A stretch of DNA of 63,576 nt, counting the filler, from Octopus bimaculoides (taxonomy: Eukaryota): assembly GCF_001194135.2 (NCBI RefSeq). It is 9 parts of 7 records of this genome, joined end to end, with 100 filler letters (N's around TTAATTAATTAA, not from the genome) between each part and the next. Parts side by side here need not be neighbours in the genome. Positions count along the whole stretch, not along the records: positions 23,083 to 28,655 come from NC_068990.1; positions 28,756 to 34,308 come from NC_069001.1; positions 34,409 to 46,854 come from NC_068985.1; 6 more parts are not named here. One strand, written 5' to 3'. This document shows, one piece after another, positions 23,437 to 36,299 of this stretch. The position numbers were made by a program, and so were the translations under genes. How positions within the stretch are numbered: the first letter of the stretch is position 1; each line of letters opens with the position of its first letter. Under the pieces are notes generated by a model that saw only the letters and a program-made list of their open reading frames with translations, was not told where the DNA came from and made no database searches.

Positions 23437-23500
<64 letters not shown>
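23083..23500. repeat. (CAT)n, (CAC/TAC)n and (AGT)n microsatellites
   Basis: Direct reading of triplet arrays at 23083-23250, 23360-23400 and 23438-23500. Confidence 0.95.
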
Positions 23501-23948
23501 AAAGGTGGGAAAGCAAAACTTGGAAAATGATAGATAATTTACGAAATTGTTTATATTACAACAACCAGCTACCTGACACAAGTTTATGGGGATCGATATA
23601 ATCGTCCAGTCGCGATCTTCAAAATTGCTGGCCTTGTTCCAAAATTCGAAACCAGTATTTTAGCTTAGAAACTTCTTGGATAGAAAAACAACCAAAATCT
23701 GCATGGTTTGATTCCCCGAGACCATTTTCAGTTTCCCCACCCCACCCCCACTCCCGTCCATTTGAGGCATTTAGCCCAATGCATTAGAACCTATTATGTA
23801 TAGCTGTATTTGCTTCGAGATACGTTTGATTGAAAATTTTGTTTCTGTAATACGCTTTTATCTTAGTTCTAGTTTACAACCATAAATAATATCTTGCGTG
23901 TGAGAGAGAGAGAGAGTGAGAGACAGAGAGAGACAGAGGGATAAAGAG

Positions 23949-24005
<57 letters not shown>

Positions 24006-25711
24006 GAGACAGAGACAGACAGACAGACAGAGAAAGGGGGCTTATGAGGTCGAAATACATATAAGCGATTGGAACGTTATGATATATTTTTACTAAGCTC
24101 AAAATTTAAAAGCATACGATGAATGTGCTGTTGAATATTGACAACAAAACCTTCTAAGAACACGTTCATGTTTTTATTTCAGAATACTTCAGAGATTTTT
24201 GGAAAAAATTATTTTCTCTTCAATACCGATAACTGTCGCTGATAATCTCGTGTGATGAGAATCCTGTATGTAGTCGCTTGACCTGCTAGAAATAGCGATC
24301 AAATATCTTTCTATCGCATCCTACCAGTGTTGTCTTACCTAAACTACGACGCATTACACAACTTAGTTTCTGATATGCTGTGACAAGGTGGTCACAGTCT
24401 CTGGCCACAGGCCTGCCCGTACCGAACTAGCACCAGGTTAAACAATGACAGCAACTGTAAAAACGACATGTTCTTTAAAAAGATGAAATACACAGAGCAG
24501 AGACGTCACAGCAGAAGCATTCTACGTTCAGATTAGTGTCGGATCAGTTAAAAGCTGATGTCATTCAAATAAATGAAATAAAACAGACAGAAAACTTACA
24601 AAGATTTTTTTTTTTTTTTTTTGGCTAATTTACATCAATTTTAAGCTGATTCAACAAAACGAATGTATTTGTTGTTGCTTTATATTTTATTCTCTAACTA
24701 CACACTGCCAAAGGCCCCTTCCGTTCTTCATCAAATGCTAAGTTATCATCTGACAGTAGACCTGCATTTCATTATTATTGATTACTGACCTCTCTGGAAA
24801 CTATGAACGCATAAATTTTGGCTTTTGTGTTAGTTATCTTAGAAATGGCAAGCAAATGAATAATTGTATTATGAAGATCTCCAAAACAGATCATAACGAA
24901 AGCAGTAAAACAAAGCAAAACAGGGGGTGAATAATTAAGTTTAGGTTGTAATAAAGAGGCAGAGGAAAAAGTTCGTAGTTTTGGATTGTGTTCCTTTGTC
25001 AAAGGCAAAGAGAAAAAGTGAGAAGGGAAAATGAGGTTTTCAGTAACGGTTCTATGGCAGTCAAAGCATGTCGGAAAAGTATTACATAATTATGTAAATG
25101 GTGTAATATGGAATTTTCTTTCAGAAATTTGTTATGGTTACAGAATAGCAGTAACGTGTTTTCTACATGTTACGCTCAAATATTTCTGCAGACGGCGAAT
25201 TCAGTTAAAGAATGTTATATGAGAACAAACAACCAGCGTCCTTTCAAACTCCAGTGAGTAATACACGTGCCACACCTGTGATCTAAAAGTATAAAGAACA
25301 CATCAGATAACGTTGTCCTCGGTATACAGTATCTAAAAATAAAAACAATATGACACCATGCGTAAATTATTCAAACTTATGTTTCCTCGAAAATGATTGA
25401 TCTAGAACTGACAACAAAACAGGAAATATTTTTCATAACGTTCTATATCATGTATTTGCTAATATAATTAGATATATTTCGCGAGCATTTTACAATATAT
25501 TGAGAGCCGTACAAATCATAATACATGCGGACGAATTATCAAAGCAGACAGAGAAAAAGAAAGAATATGGGAGGTTGGAAAGTGAGAGGTAGTTGAATAG
25601 ATTTCCCTTCCTGTTGCCATTTGAGTCGTTTTATTTCAACGATTATTATCACGTGATTTAGCTAGCGTGAAGCTTAAAGACATGGAGCTGGGGTTATCTT
25701 TAAATAGTATA

Positions 25712-26075
25712 TAATAATCCTTTCCATTATAGACATAAAGCCTGAAATGTTTTGTTTTTTTTGGGTGGGGGAGGCATGTCGATTGCATCGACCCCCAGTT
25801 CTTATTTGATCGATCCCGAAATGATGGAAGGCAAAGTCGACATCGGTGTAGTTTAAACTCAGAAAGTAATGGCTTCAAAATTTGGCGCACGGTCAGCAAT
25901 TTTAGGGGAAAGCTTAAGTCAATAAAATCGAGCTCCCAAAGTATGACTGGTACTTATTTCATCAACGCCGAAAGCATGACAGGCAAAGCCAAACGTGGCG
26001 GAAGTTTGAACTCAGAACACAAAGCCGGACTAAATACCGATAAGCATTCTGTCCGGCGAGTTAACAGAATCGTTA
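25712..26075 (-). mobile_element. Two decayed SINE family B copies in tandem
   Basis: GAAATGATGGAAGGCAAAGTCGAC and GAAAGCATGACAGGCAAAGCC..GGCGGAAGTTTGAACTCAG modules. Confidence 0.7.
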
Positions 26076-27020
26076 GCAGCAAAGCCGCTGTGGATGAAGG
26101 ACACTTGGCTGTTGTCACAGCATGCTTCTAGGAGAGGGATACTTTGATAAAAAAACAAAAAACCTGCGGTTTCACGCCATTTCTAGTTATCTCGGCTTGG
26201 CTTGTAATTAAGTACTAATCACGGGGCCTCAGAGAGTGGCACTTGTGTTGTACAAGTGTTTACCACCATAGTCCAGTAACGTACATAAGTCTCTTTAGAG
26301 TAACCTCATTTATCATTCCATCAACTGAAGTGTTACAGCGTGTGCAGACCTAACCATTTGGAAGCTCACAGTAAGTTAAACCTTTCAGCTGTCACTTATG
26401 CTTTAAACCATACAGATCTGTAACAGACCTGAATAGATTTCTGAGAAGTCAGAATAGCATTGACAACAAGGAAATACAAGGAGAGGACAATTATCTGTGC
26501 ACAGAAAGAAACCACCACGTATAAAGAGTGTGAGTGTGTTTGTGTATTACAACCGGGGTTGGTTTCATATGCCCCCTCCAATTAGGGGCTCAATAAAAAG
26601 CAACCATTGAATTAATACGAGAGATTAATTTGTTCGACTGATTCCTTGAAGACAATGTTCGAGTATGGTCGCAGTCGCCAGACGTTTGGTTTAAGTTATA
26701 TTGTAAAAGAGCATACGATCACACATATGTATATAATTGTGAGCATGTATGTGTAGGTGCAGTGTGTACGCATGCCTGCGTGTGTTTTAGTCTGTTTCTG
26801 TATACGATTTGCGTTGACACCATGTAAAACGAATGGATCTCTGCTTTAATCCCGTAAGATGGCGTCTCGACACATGAAAAGCAATAAGTGCTAGAAATTC
26901 AAATAAACGATGAGAACGAAGTAGTCAGTTACAAGCCTTCAAGGCAGCGCCCTCGCACGGCCGCAACAGAATAACACAAATCAAAGTGAAAAATACTATG
27001 TATGTATGTAAGTATGTACG

Positions 27021-27095
<75 letters not shown>

Positions 27096-27342
27096 GTGCT
27101 TATGTATGTGAGCAATCATTCGGATCATTTATTCATTTTATCTCCGAAGTAGCAATTTGCTAAGTTTTAAAACTAATTTTCTTCTATTCTTCAGACAATG
27201 CCTCGCAGACATCCTTTAATCACAACGGCGGCGTAGTTCGTGAGATAAGATGGAACCAACTTTCACAGATTAGCTGAACACCTGACAAAAGTAAAACTTT
27301 CACCGTAAGGAACAGAAGCCTAATATCCTTCATATATACAAC

Positions 27343-27401
<59 letters not shown>

Positions 27402-28604
27402 NNNNNNNNNNNNNNNNNNNNNNNNNNNNNNNNNNNNNNNNNNNNNNNNNNNNNNNNNNNNNNNNNNNNNNNNNNNNNNNNNNNNNNNNNNNNNNNNNNN
27501 NNNNNNNNNNNNNNNNNNNNNNNNNNNNNNNNNNNNNNNNNNNNNNNNNNNNNNNNNNNNNNNNNNNNNNNNNNNNNNNNNNNNNNNNNNNNNNNNNNNN
27601 NNNNNNNNNNNNNNNNNNNNNNNNNNNNNNNNNNNNNNNNNNNNNNNNNNNNNNNNNNNNNNNNNNNNNNNNNNNNNNNNNNNNNNNNNNNNNNNNNNNN
27701 NNNNNNNNNNNNNNNNNNNNNNNNNNNNNNNNNNNNNNNNNNNNNNNNNNNNNNNNNNNNNNNNNNNNNNNNNNNNNNNNNNNNNNNNNNNNNNNNNNNN
27801 NNNNNNNNNNNNNNNNNNNNNNNNNNNNNNNNNNNNNNNNNNNNNNNNNNNNNNNNNNNNNNNNNNNNNNNNNNNNNNNNNNNNNNNNNNNNNNNNNNNN
27901 NNNNNNNNNNNNNNNNNNNNNNNNNNNNNNNNNNNNNNNNNNNNNNNNNNNNNNNNNNNNNNNNNNNNNNNNNNNNNNNNNNNNNNNNNNNNNNNATATA
28001 TATATACATATATATACATATATACATAAACGTATGTATGTATGTATGCCATTTAAGCATGTGATAGTATACATTTGATTATATTAGTCGATTTAAAGCG
28101 TATTTAGATGTACTGAAAATATATAACTGATGCGAAATGACCCAATTTCTTCTTGCAACCGATTTTCAAGAGCATATTGGCTCGCTTGGTAGACGGAAGT
28201 GTAGCTGTCACTTACCGAAATGTCTGAAAAATCATACTTTCTGGTGCCCCAGTACAATTTTATAAACCTTACTGATCTTCTTCTCATACTGAGTTGATCC
28301 ATTTTGATTTTGTGCTATCAAAAATCGATGACACAAATAACCAGAAATATTTCTGTTCAAAGCAATCTCTCCTTTGTTATTTGCCTGGGGACAAGATGGA
28401 GGCATAGATGCAGAGAGAAATGGAACTGCAGCAGTGTTCCTAATCTACAAAGACCAGTAACGACTCTCTTCTCGAATTACATCAGTTCTAAACAAGAAAA
28501 CATTTATTTTTAGGTGTTCAAATCACGATTGTCCGGCTTGTCTTATCTAAAGCTCACATACACACTTCATTTCTGTCTCTGTGTATTTCTCTTTCTCTCT
28601 CTCC

Positions 28605-28655
<51 letters not shown>

Positions 28656-28755
28656 NNNNNNNNNNNNNNNNNNNNNNNNNNNNNNNNNNNNNNNNNNNNT
28701 TAATTAATTAANNNNNNNNNNNNNNNNNNNNNNNNNNNNNNNNNNNNNNNNNNNN
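28656..28755. other. Artificial scaffold-joining linker
   Basis: N44-TTAATTAATTAA(28700-28711)-N44. Confidence 0.97.
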
Positions 28756-29032
28756 TTAGTGTGTACAAATAACATGGAAAAAATAAATAAATAATTACCA
28801 GGGTAGCAAAAATTCATACAAGTGCCAAGGATGCTACAGCCTTTTTATCAAGGTAGAATTTCCAGAGTTTAATGAAATGTTTTTGTATAACATAGATAAA
28901 TTAAGAAATGGAGCTAAATGCAGGTGTTATTCAAATCTTTATACTTCCGGCATATGTTTCGAAGAAAACATATGTCGTAAGTATAAAGATTTGAATAGCA
29001 CCTGTGTTTAACTCTCTTTCTTTTTCTCTCTT

Positions 29033-29071
<39 letters not shown>

Positions 29072-29090
29072 NNNNNNNNNNNNNNNNNNN

Positions 29091-29135
<45 letters not shown>

Positions 29136-29258
29136 ACATATATATGTATATGTATATATTTCCTTTAACATTAATTGTGTTGACAAGCATTTATATGTAT
29201 TTCTGTATGTAGATAGATACAGATTTATGTATTGTGAATATAATTTTTTTTTATACAG

Positions 29259-29666
29259 AAAACCTTAACAAGTCATTTGCAGACGTTGTGTTTGGCTGAG
29301 AATGTTGTGACCAAAGCTTCTGAAATATCTGACCTAGTGACATATTACAACGGAGATGTCAGATCTTGCCTGTTAGCTCTCCAGTTCTGGGTAAACTCTG
29401 GTGCTTCTGGCTTTCCTGTCAATATACCTCTATCACATGTCGGTTGCAGCAACCCTTCTTCACTTCCTGACAACAGCAGCAAGCCCAAGTCTGAAGCCGT
29501 TCACACTGAAAATTCCAAGGAAATTGCAGAGAAGCAGCTGGAATTAAAGGACACTGATGATGTTTCCAAACAAGAATTTGCTGCCCATTTACATTTCTTG
29601 GAGAGTTATTTGGCTATAGATCCAGTTCAGTTGCAGTTGTTGCGCCTTGAAAATGACACATCAAAG
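29259..29666 (+). CDS. ATAD5: Internal coding exon (408 nt, phase 0/0) of an ATAD5/ELG1-like RFC-like PCNA unloader
   Basis: Acceptor TTTTTTTTTATACAG|, donor AAG|GTATTT. The peptide KTLTSHLQTLCLAENVVTKASEISDLVTYYNGDVRSCLLALQFWVNSG resembles the ATAD5 post-AAA lid region as I recall it (YLQMICLTEN...DIRKSILYLQFWIRSG). Confidence 0.8.
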
Positions 29667-29809
29667 GTATTTAGAACCTTCAAATTGATAATTATAAAAA
29701 GAGATTAGCCTAGTTATTGTTGTTTAATTACAGGTCAAATGTGATTGAACAGACCTGAGTAGACCAAAAGTATTCCATTTCAACAAGGACCATCTGGTTA
29801 CATTTTTAG

Positions 29810-30210
29810 GTGTGGCTGTGTAGTTGAAAAGCTCACTTCCCAACAACATGGTTTTGGGTTCAGTCCCACTGTGTAGCACTTTGAACAAGTGTCTTCTATA
29901 GCCCCAGGCCAATCAAAGCCTTGTGAATGGATTTGGTAGACAAAAACTGAAGGAAACTTGTGTATGTGTGTGTGTCTTAGTATCTCCTTGGCTTCACAGA
30001 ATGTGATGGTTGTAAACGAGTTTCACCATCATACAAGTGGTATCCTTCATTTCCAATCTTCCATGGAAACATGTCTTGTCTTGGAAATAATAACTTGCTT
30101 GGAAACAAGTGAGAGTTGTTGACAGGAATGAATCCAGCCATAAAATATTGCCTTCAACAAATTCTATCCAACCTGTGCATGGAAAAGTGGACATTAAAAT
30201 GATGATGACA
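29810..30210 (+). mobile_element. Intronic SINE: family A head joined to a different 3' module ending in an RTE-type (GAT)n tail
   Basis: Head GTGGCTGTGTAGTTGAAAAGCTC...GGTTCAGTCCCACTG, internal (GT)n, then ...GACAGGAATGAATCCAGCC...CCAACCTGTGCATGGAAAAGTGGACATTAAAATGATGATGA. Confidence 0.65.
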
Positions 30211-30957
30211 ATTATGTCTGGGACTTTGTTATCCAAGGTGGCCTTTCTTTTACTATGTAGGGTTTTATTGGAACAATAGTTCTGGCTGCTTGTAATCAAA
30301 TAGTGATTTCCTTGTTGGTTCCTATAAACAATACCAGTAAACTAGTGGAGTTGATTTAAACAGCTATTCCCAACACCCCATAAAAATATTTAACTCTGTA
30401 CCTGTTAGTACATAATTATTATTAAGCAAAATAATTTCCTCCTTTTTTTTTGTGTCACGTGGTCATGCTGGAGCGCTACTGTCATCATCATTGTCATTTG
30501 TATTGGCAAAATCATTAGATCACTTGTCAAAATTCTTTGTTGTATTCAATGATAGCTCTTTACACATTCTGAGTTTGAATCCCACCAAGGCCAACTTTGT
30601 TTCATCCTCTTGGAGAGGGGGGGGGGGTCACTAAATTAGAAGAAAAGTACAGGAATTCATTTAACCACTTGTCCTCACACTCCCCTCCCACTATATTTCT
30701 GGCTTTTTTTTGTCTATATCAGAAATTAGTGTTATTGTTCATTGAATTTGTGTAATTGTTAGTGATGGGACTATATATCTTGTATTTAGTTTGTTCCTTT
30801 ACCTTCCGTGTTCAAATTCCACCAAAGCCAACATTGCTTTTCATCCTTCTGGGGCCTGGTAAAATATAGTAACAGTCAAATATTGAGATTGATTTGATTG
30901 ATTGTACACTTTCCCTAAGTTTGTGTTGTACTAATGTTTGGAATTTTATTTTTTCAG

Positions 30958-31760
30958 ACTCCCATTGATGTAAACCAGCTGGACAATTTAACTCAGGCGT
31001 GCCAACATTGTTATTCACAGAAATTTTATTTATGCCGTCAACTATTTCTTTCTATACTTTGTTTATCTCGAACAACATTACCTCCATTCAACCTCAGCTT
31101 ACATGCTTTAAAAAAGGTTACGAAACACAATGTGCCAGAGGCCATACAAAGGTTAAAAAGTGATTTATATGACAGCGAAACATCCTGTGATGATGTCATC
31201 TGTCCGACTGTTAAAGAACAGAGCTGTAGAACCGACAGAAATGATATTAAACCACTTGAAAACTATTCGGAAGACTGTGTCGTTAATAATTCTATGGAAG
31301 ATAATGATTTAGAACTTCATCAGAAAACTTCTCCTCTTAGTAATCTGGATGAGAACACAATACTTCCATCACAGGAGAGTTCTGATTGGAAAACTCTTGG
31401 AGGTATTAGCAAATTCTATGACTGTTGTTCCGACATAGATATATTTTTAACTTCTTGTTCATCAGAACTTTCTGTCAATCCTAATACTCTGAGATCTGTT
31501 AATTGCCGCAGTTCTCTCTCTCCAGGATTATGGGATGAATTTCCAATCCTAAGCAATGAGCTTCGCCATTCTCAGACATTTACAGAACACACAGCTGATA
31601 TTGCTGCCCATATGGAAGTGAGGTCCTACTTGAAATGTCGGCAAGATGTGGCTTCCTCCACCTGTGCTGCTGATTTGAAACAGCTGCAGCAAAATACCTC
31701 AATGTCTACTTCTCAACACCACTCAGATTTTGTAGAACCACCACAGCAACAAGACAGGAG
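30958..31760 (+). CDS. ATAD5: Next coding exon of the ATAD5-like gene (3' boundary 31760, or the alternative 31806)
   Basis: Branch-like CTAAT, acceptor TTTTATTTTTTCAG|, in phase with the previous exon, and an open frame of about 270 codons. Motifs FYDCCSDIDIF, LSPGLWDEF and ADIAAHMEVRSYLKC resemble ATAD5 C-terminal segments. Donor candidates are GAG|GTTAGT and CAG|GTAAGT. Confidence 0.72.
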
Positions 31761-31976
31761 GTTAGTTTTTGCCAATTTTATTAATTCTTGCCATTATTAT
31801 TGTCAGGTAAGTAACAGCAACTCATCAGGTATTATTATTAAAGACTGTGTCTGACACAAGTGAGAATGAAAAATTGCTGATCCTTCAAGTGTAAAATTCT
31901 TCAGGTTTCAAAGCAAAGAAACACTCGATATCATTTTTAATCTCCCCAAAATTAATAATCTGTTTCCCTTTTAAAC

Positions 31977-32401
31977 CAGTGGTTCTCAACGATTTTTCAT
32001 TTATTGACCTCCTTGATTCTTCTTTTACTTGGATAGACCATTAACCATTCATCATCATCATCATCATCATTTAACGTTCGTTGTCCATGCTGGCAGGGGT
32101 TGGACAGTTTGATCAGGGCTGGCAAACTGGAAGGCTGCACCAAACTCCAGTCTGATTTGGCACGGTTTCTACAGCTGGATGCCCTTCTTAATACCAACCA
32201 CTCCAGGAGTGTAATGGGTTTAAAATGTTTTTAAAAATCCTGCCATATTTTTATAATTAATTCCTTATAATATGAATTGTATAAAAAAATTGTCAAAACA
32301 TTTTGTGTATTATCGAAGTATAATCAGTTTATTGCACATAAATTTTAATAACAAAACCTTATATGGACCCTAACCATGTGGACCCTGGTTGAGAAACATT
32401 G
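31977..32401. mobile_element. hAT(Charlie)-like MITE with a SINE nested at 32048-32218 (minus strand)
   Basis: Imperfect TIRs CAGTGGTTCTCAAC and GTTGAGAAACATTG. The 8-bp flanks TTTTAAAC and CTCTAAAT match only partly. Confidence 0.6.
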
Positions 32402-32604
32402 CTCTAAATGTTACAATGATCTGAAAATGTGATAGTCAGATGGAGCAAGGTCAGGTGGACGTGTTGAAACTTCCATTTTTAGTGTCATAGTTTTTGCATT
32501 ATTATGTAAGAACAACACCCTGCTGGGTGCTTTTACTACAGGCAACTCTTTGATTTAGCTGAGAAGCGAAGTCAGATGACGAGGGACCCATTGATCATGT
32601 TTTA

Positions 32605-32832
32605 CCCTTTAGCATTCAAACCAGCCATATCAGATTTGAACACTAAAGGTTTTAAACTGTTTTATGATAAAACTGGCCAGATCTTGCATCTCACACCAGC
32701 CCTGCAATACCATTCTAAAATTAAACAAGCACATCATTGAAATCTCTAAACTTCAAGGTAATGCATGATTAATTCAAACCAATGTGAATAAATAAGCATC
32801 ACATTTGAGAGAGTAATCTGAATGCTAAAGGG
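32605..32832. mobile_element. TTAA-type (piggyBac-like) MITE
   Basis: Perfect 14-bp TIRs CCCTTTAGCATTCA (32605-32618) and TGAATGCTAAAGGG (32819-32832), flanked by TTTA and TTAA. Confidence 0.7.
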
Positions 32833-33159
32833 TTAAACACTTACTTTAGTTCATGGTGGTTTTTGATCAAGGTGTTACCTGGATTGAACTGTTTTGCTAA
32901 TTCTCATGTAGTTTGTTTTGGATTTTCCTCCTAGTTTTCAGAAGCTCAGTATTAATAGAATTTGGTCATTCCAATCGAAGGGAATCTGCATGAGAAAAGT
33001 TTCCTGAGCAAAACTGGCCTAATCAACATTGGCATGTTCATTACTTTATTTCTAACCAAAATACACCACTTACCTGTTTCAACTAAATTCTAATGTAATT
33101 GTGAGTTGAGACTGGTTTCATAAAACAACTGTAACTTTTTTTATTTATCAACATATCAT

Positions 33160-33905
33160 GGGTGCAGACATGACTGTGTGGTAAGGAGCTTACTTCCAAC
33201 CACATGGTTCCAGGTTCAGTTCCACTATGTGGCATCTGGGGCAAGTATCTTCTACTATAGCCTCAGGCTGATCAAGGCCTTGTGAGTGGATTTGGTAGAC
33301 GACAACTGAAAGAAGCCTGTCGTATGTGTGTGTGTGTGTGTGTCTTTGTGTTTGTTCCTCACCACTGCTTGACAACCAGTGTTGGTGTGTTTACGTCCCT
33401 ATAACTTAGTGGTTCAGCAAAAGAGACTGATAGACCAGGCTTTAAGAAAAAAATAAGTACTGGGATTGATTCATTTGATTAAAAATTCCACCAACCACAT
33501 GGTCCCGGGTTCAGTCCCACTGCGTGGCATCTTGGGCAAGTGTCTTCTACTATAGCCTCGGGCCGACCAAAGCCTTGTGAGTGGATTTGGTAGACGGAAA
33601 CTGAAAGAAGCCCGTCGTATATATGTATATATATATATATGTATGTGTTTGTGTGTCTGTGTTTGTCCCCCCAACATCGCTTGACAACCGATGCTGGTGT
33701 GTTTATGTCCCCGTAACTTAGTGGTTCGGCAAAAGAGACCGATAGAATAAGTACTAGGCTTCTAAAGAATAAGTCCTGGGGTCGATTTGCTCGACTAAAG
33801 GCGGTGCTCCAGCATGGCCGCAGTCAAAAGACTGAAACAAGTAAAAGAGTAAGGTTGTGCCCCAGCATGGCCACAGTCTCATAACTGAAACAAGTAAAAG
33901 ATAAG
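33160..33905 (+). mobile_element. Two adjacent SINE family A copies (33160-33430 older; 33487-33905 young, with a duplicated tail)
   Basis: Both carry the CCAACCACATGGT.CC.GGTTCAGT.CCACT head, body, microsatellite and tail. The tail segment CCAGCATGGCC.CAGTC..ACTGAAACAAGTAAAAGA is repeated at 33810-33850 and 33862-33900. Confidence 0.9.
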
Positions 33906-34308
33906 GTATTAGTGTAATTTTTAGAACACAATTCAACAAACTGTTCTTAAATCTATTGCATAACTAGCCAACTCTAGTCCTTTGGACAGTTTAAGTTGCT
34001 TTGATGGTGTTTTTTCACCAAATGATTGAACTACTGAGAAGGTTTATGAGTAGCATGGCAATTTATGTTTCCGATTAACCTAGGAACAGAAAACCAAATT
34101 GAAGGCTGGTTATTGTGGAGGTCATTGCACTTTAATGATCATAGAACATAAAAGTTTGCAAGAGATGCAAAGTAGAGCTACTGAAGTGTTTTGGGAGTAG
34201 ATTATGGATAATGATTACAAAATATAGTTGCTTTACATGAATGTGAAATTTCTTGTCAAAAACAGCCACATAAATGGTGTAAGGAAATTGAAGGAAGATG
34301 TTGAAACT

Positions 34309-34408
34309 NNNNNNNNNNNNNNNNNNNNNNNNNNNNNNNNNNNNNNNNNNNNTTAATTAATTAANNNNNNNNNNNNNNNNNNNNNNNNNNNNNNNNNNNN
34401 NNNNNNNN
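34309..34408. other. Artificial scaffold-joining linker
   Basis: N44-TTAATTAATTAA(34353-34364)-N44. Confidence 0.97.
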
Positions 34409-34439
<31 letters not shown>

Positions 34440-34624
34440 AGAGAGAAACGACCGTGCGAACCAAAGGAGAATGGTGACGAATGGAAACAGGCTCTTTTTA
34501 ACGCGTCGCACGGTCGACACAAATATATATATATGTTATAATACTATAACATAGAGAACTCACATGTGAAATGCGAGGAAATTTGCCAGCAAGGAAAAGA
34601 TAGAGATGACTCAGCCGGTAAAGA

Positions 34625-35373
34625 TGTATAACAGTAAGGTTTATTTAGAGCATTAAACTGTATGTCTGTGTGTGAGTGTGAATGCGACATAATAAAACAG
34701 AATGTAAGACAAGCCGTCAAGTAAACAAAGAGTGTGTATACAAATATATGTATGTGAATGCAAGAGATACAGAGGATAGAAAAGAGTCTGTGACACGGAT
34801 AAGAAATACCAGTTCTCAGTTAAGGTACACAGTAGATTGAAAGTCTGTATATAAGAGGTTGAGGTGTTGAGGCAGAGCTAAGTCACTTGTCGTGCAGTTG
34901 AGGCTTCTATGCCGGGCCGGGCTACTTGATACAGATGGTCTTCGCAGGTGTCGAATTCTGGCTGTTATTTCGGGGTAAAACAATTCACACAAACAGTAGT
35001 GTCGAGAGAAGCTACCAACAGCAACCGCAGCTTCTCTCGAAGCTGCGGTTGCTGTTGGTAGCTTGTGTACGTGTTGACGCTGGCGACGAAGCTTGTGGTA
35101 AACAGTTGAACGATGGTGTTGATGTCGTCGCTGGAAACTGGCTGGTTGGTGTTACGTGGTCAACGACCAGACCTCAAAAGGTCTGAAGTTGCGACCAACT
35201 GGCGCGGATACAGCAGGCTATTTATAGGTACAGAGAGGCTCCAGAAAGCATCAGAAAAACACTCTCTCACGTGACCTTATTAGATGGCCACGATTGGTCG
35301 GTATGCACCCTGGCGCGAAACAGAACTGGAGACAAATGCCGCGCAAATAAGAGTCAGTCAGGGTGATGACACA
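34625..35373 (-). mobile_element. Probable solo LTR
   Basis: On the minus strand it begins TGT and ends ACA, with CCAAT (ACCAATC), TATA (CTATAAATAG) and AATAAA about 20 nt from the 3' end, in the expected order. No TSD is visible. Confidence 0.5.
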
Positions 35374-35492
35374 GCAGGGTCCAAGGCGGGAAAGAGATCG
35401 ATGTTAAGCTATCATATGATTTAAACATATAAATATATTTACTCTTGCTGATGATTAATAACAGTATTGGCGTAATGACTTTAAGTATATAG

Positions 35493-35557
35493 GGCAGGCA
35501 TGGTTGTGTGGTTAAAAAGCTCGCTTTGCAACCAGGTGGTTTCACGTNNNNNNNNNN

Positions 35558-35627
<70 letters not shown>

Positions 35628-35812
35628 CCTACCAACATCGCTTGACAACTGATGTTGGTTTGTATGTGTTGCTGTAACTAAGCGGTTTGGCATAAGTGAC
35701 CGAGGAAATAAATACGATACTTGAAAAACATTCCCAGTACTGGGGGTCGATTTGCTAGACTAAAATCCTTCAAGGCGGTGCTCTAGCATGGCCACAGTGC
35801 AAACACTGAAAA
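35493..35812 (+). mobile_element. SINE family A (small gap inside)
   Basis: GGCAGGCATGGTTGTGTGGTTAAAAAGCTCGCTT head, (GT)n, ACATCGCTTGACAACTGATG...AAGGCGGTGCTCTAGCATGGCC tail. Confidence 0.8.
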
Positions 35813-36299
35813 GGGATATACGATGACTGTTAAAAGAAAAATATTCGACAAGTCACGCGAGCTGCTATCAATATAAGGAACCATTCACCCCACTTGATAT
35901 ACTTTCACATGACTTAATAAAGATGATGAAAGAGCTACTACTGCTGCTACTAGTAAACAGACTGTCTTATTCTTTCTCACATGTAGTAGAATCTGACATT
36001 TTAACGACATAAAATTGAGATATCATACACGATGTTTACCAAATACTTGGGTGTAGCAATGAAAATTCAATGCCTTTCGATATATTTATAGTCCGGAAAC
36101 GTTTATATATGGGTATATGCATGTCTGTTGTGTGTAGGGGAACTGTTGTGCAGTTAAAAAGTCCTTGACTTCAATCTAAAATAATCTAAAACAACTGGAG
36201 AATGAAGTATTTTATTCTACGACAAATAAACCCATCCCTTTACTGTATGTAGATACGCTCATGTTTGCCGTTGACTTTACATTTTTAGTCAGACCAAAG

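Noticed and set aside
26165-26290. GC-richer segment suspected to be an snRNA or ribozyme
   Set aside because: I could not match snRNA hallmarks or a complete ribozyme core on either strand.
27220-28078. ORFs dominated by X (also 12179-12980, 48761-49926, 60221-60798 and others)
   Set aside because: They are open only because N gaps contain no stop codons.
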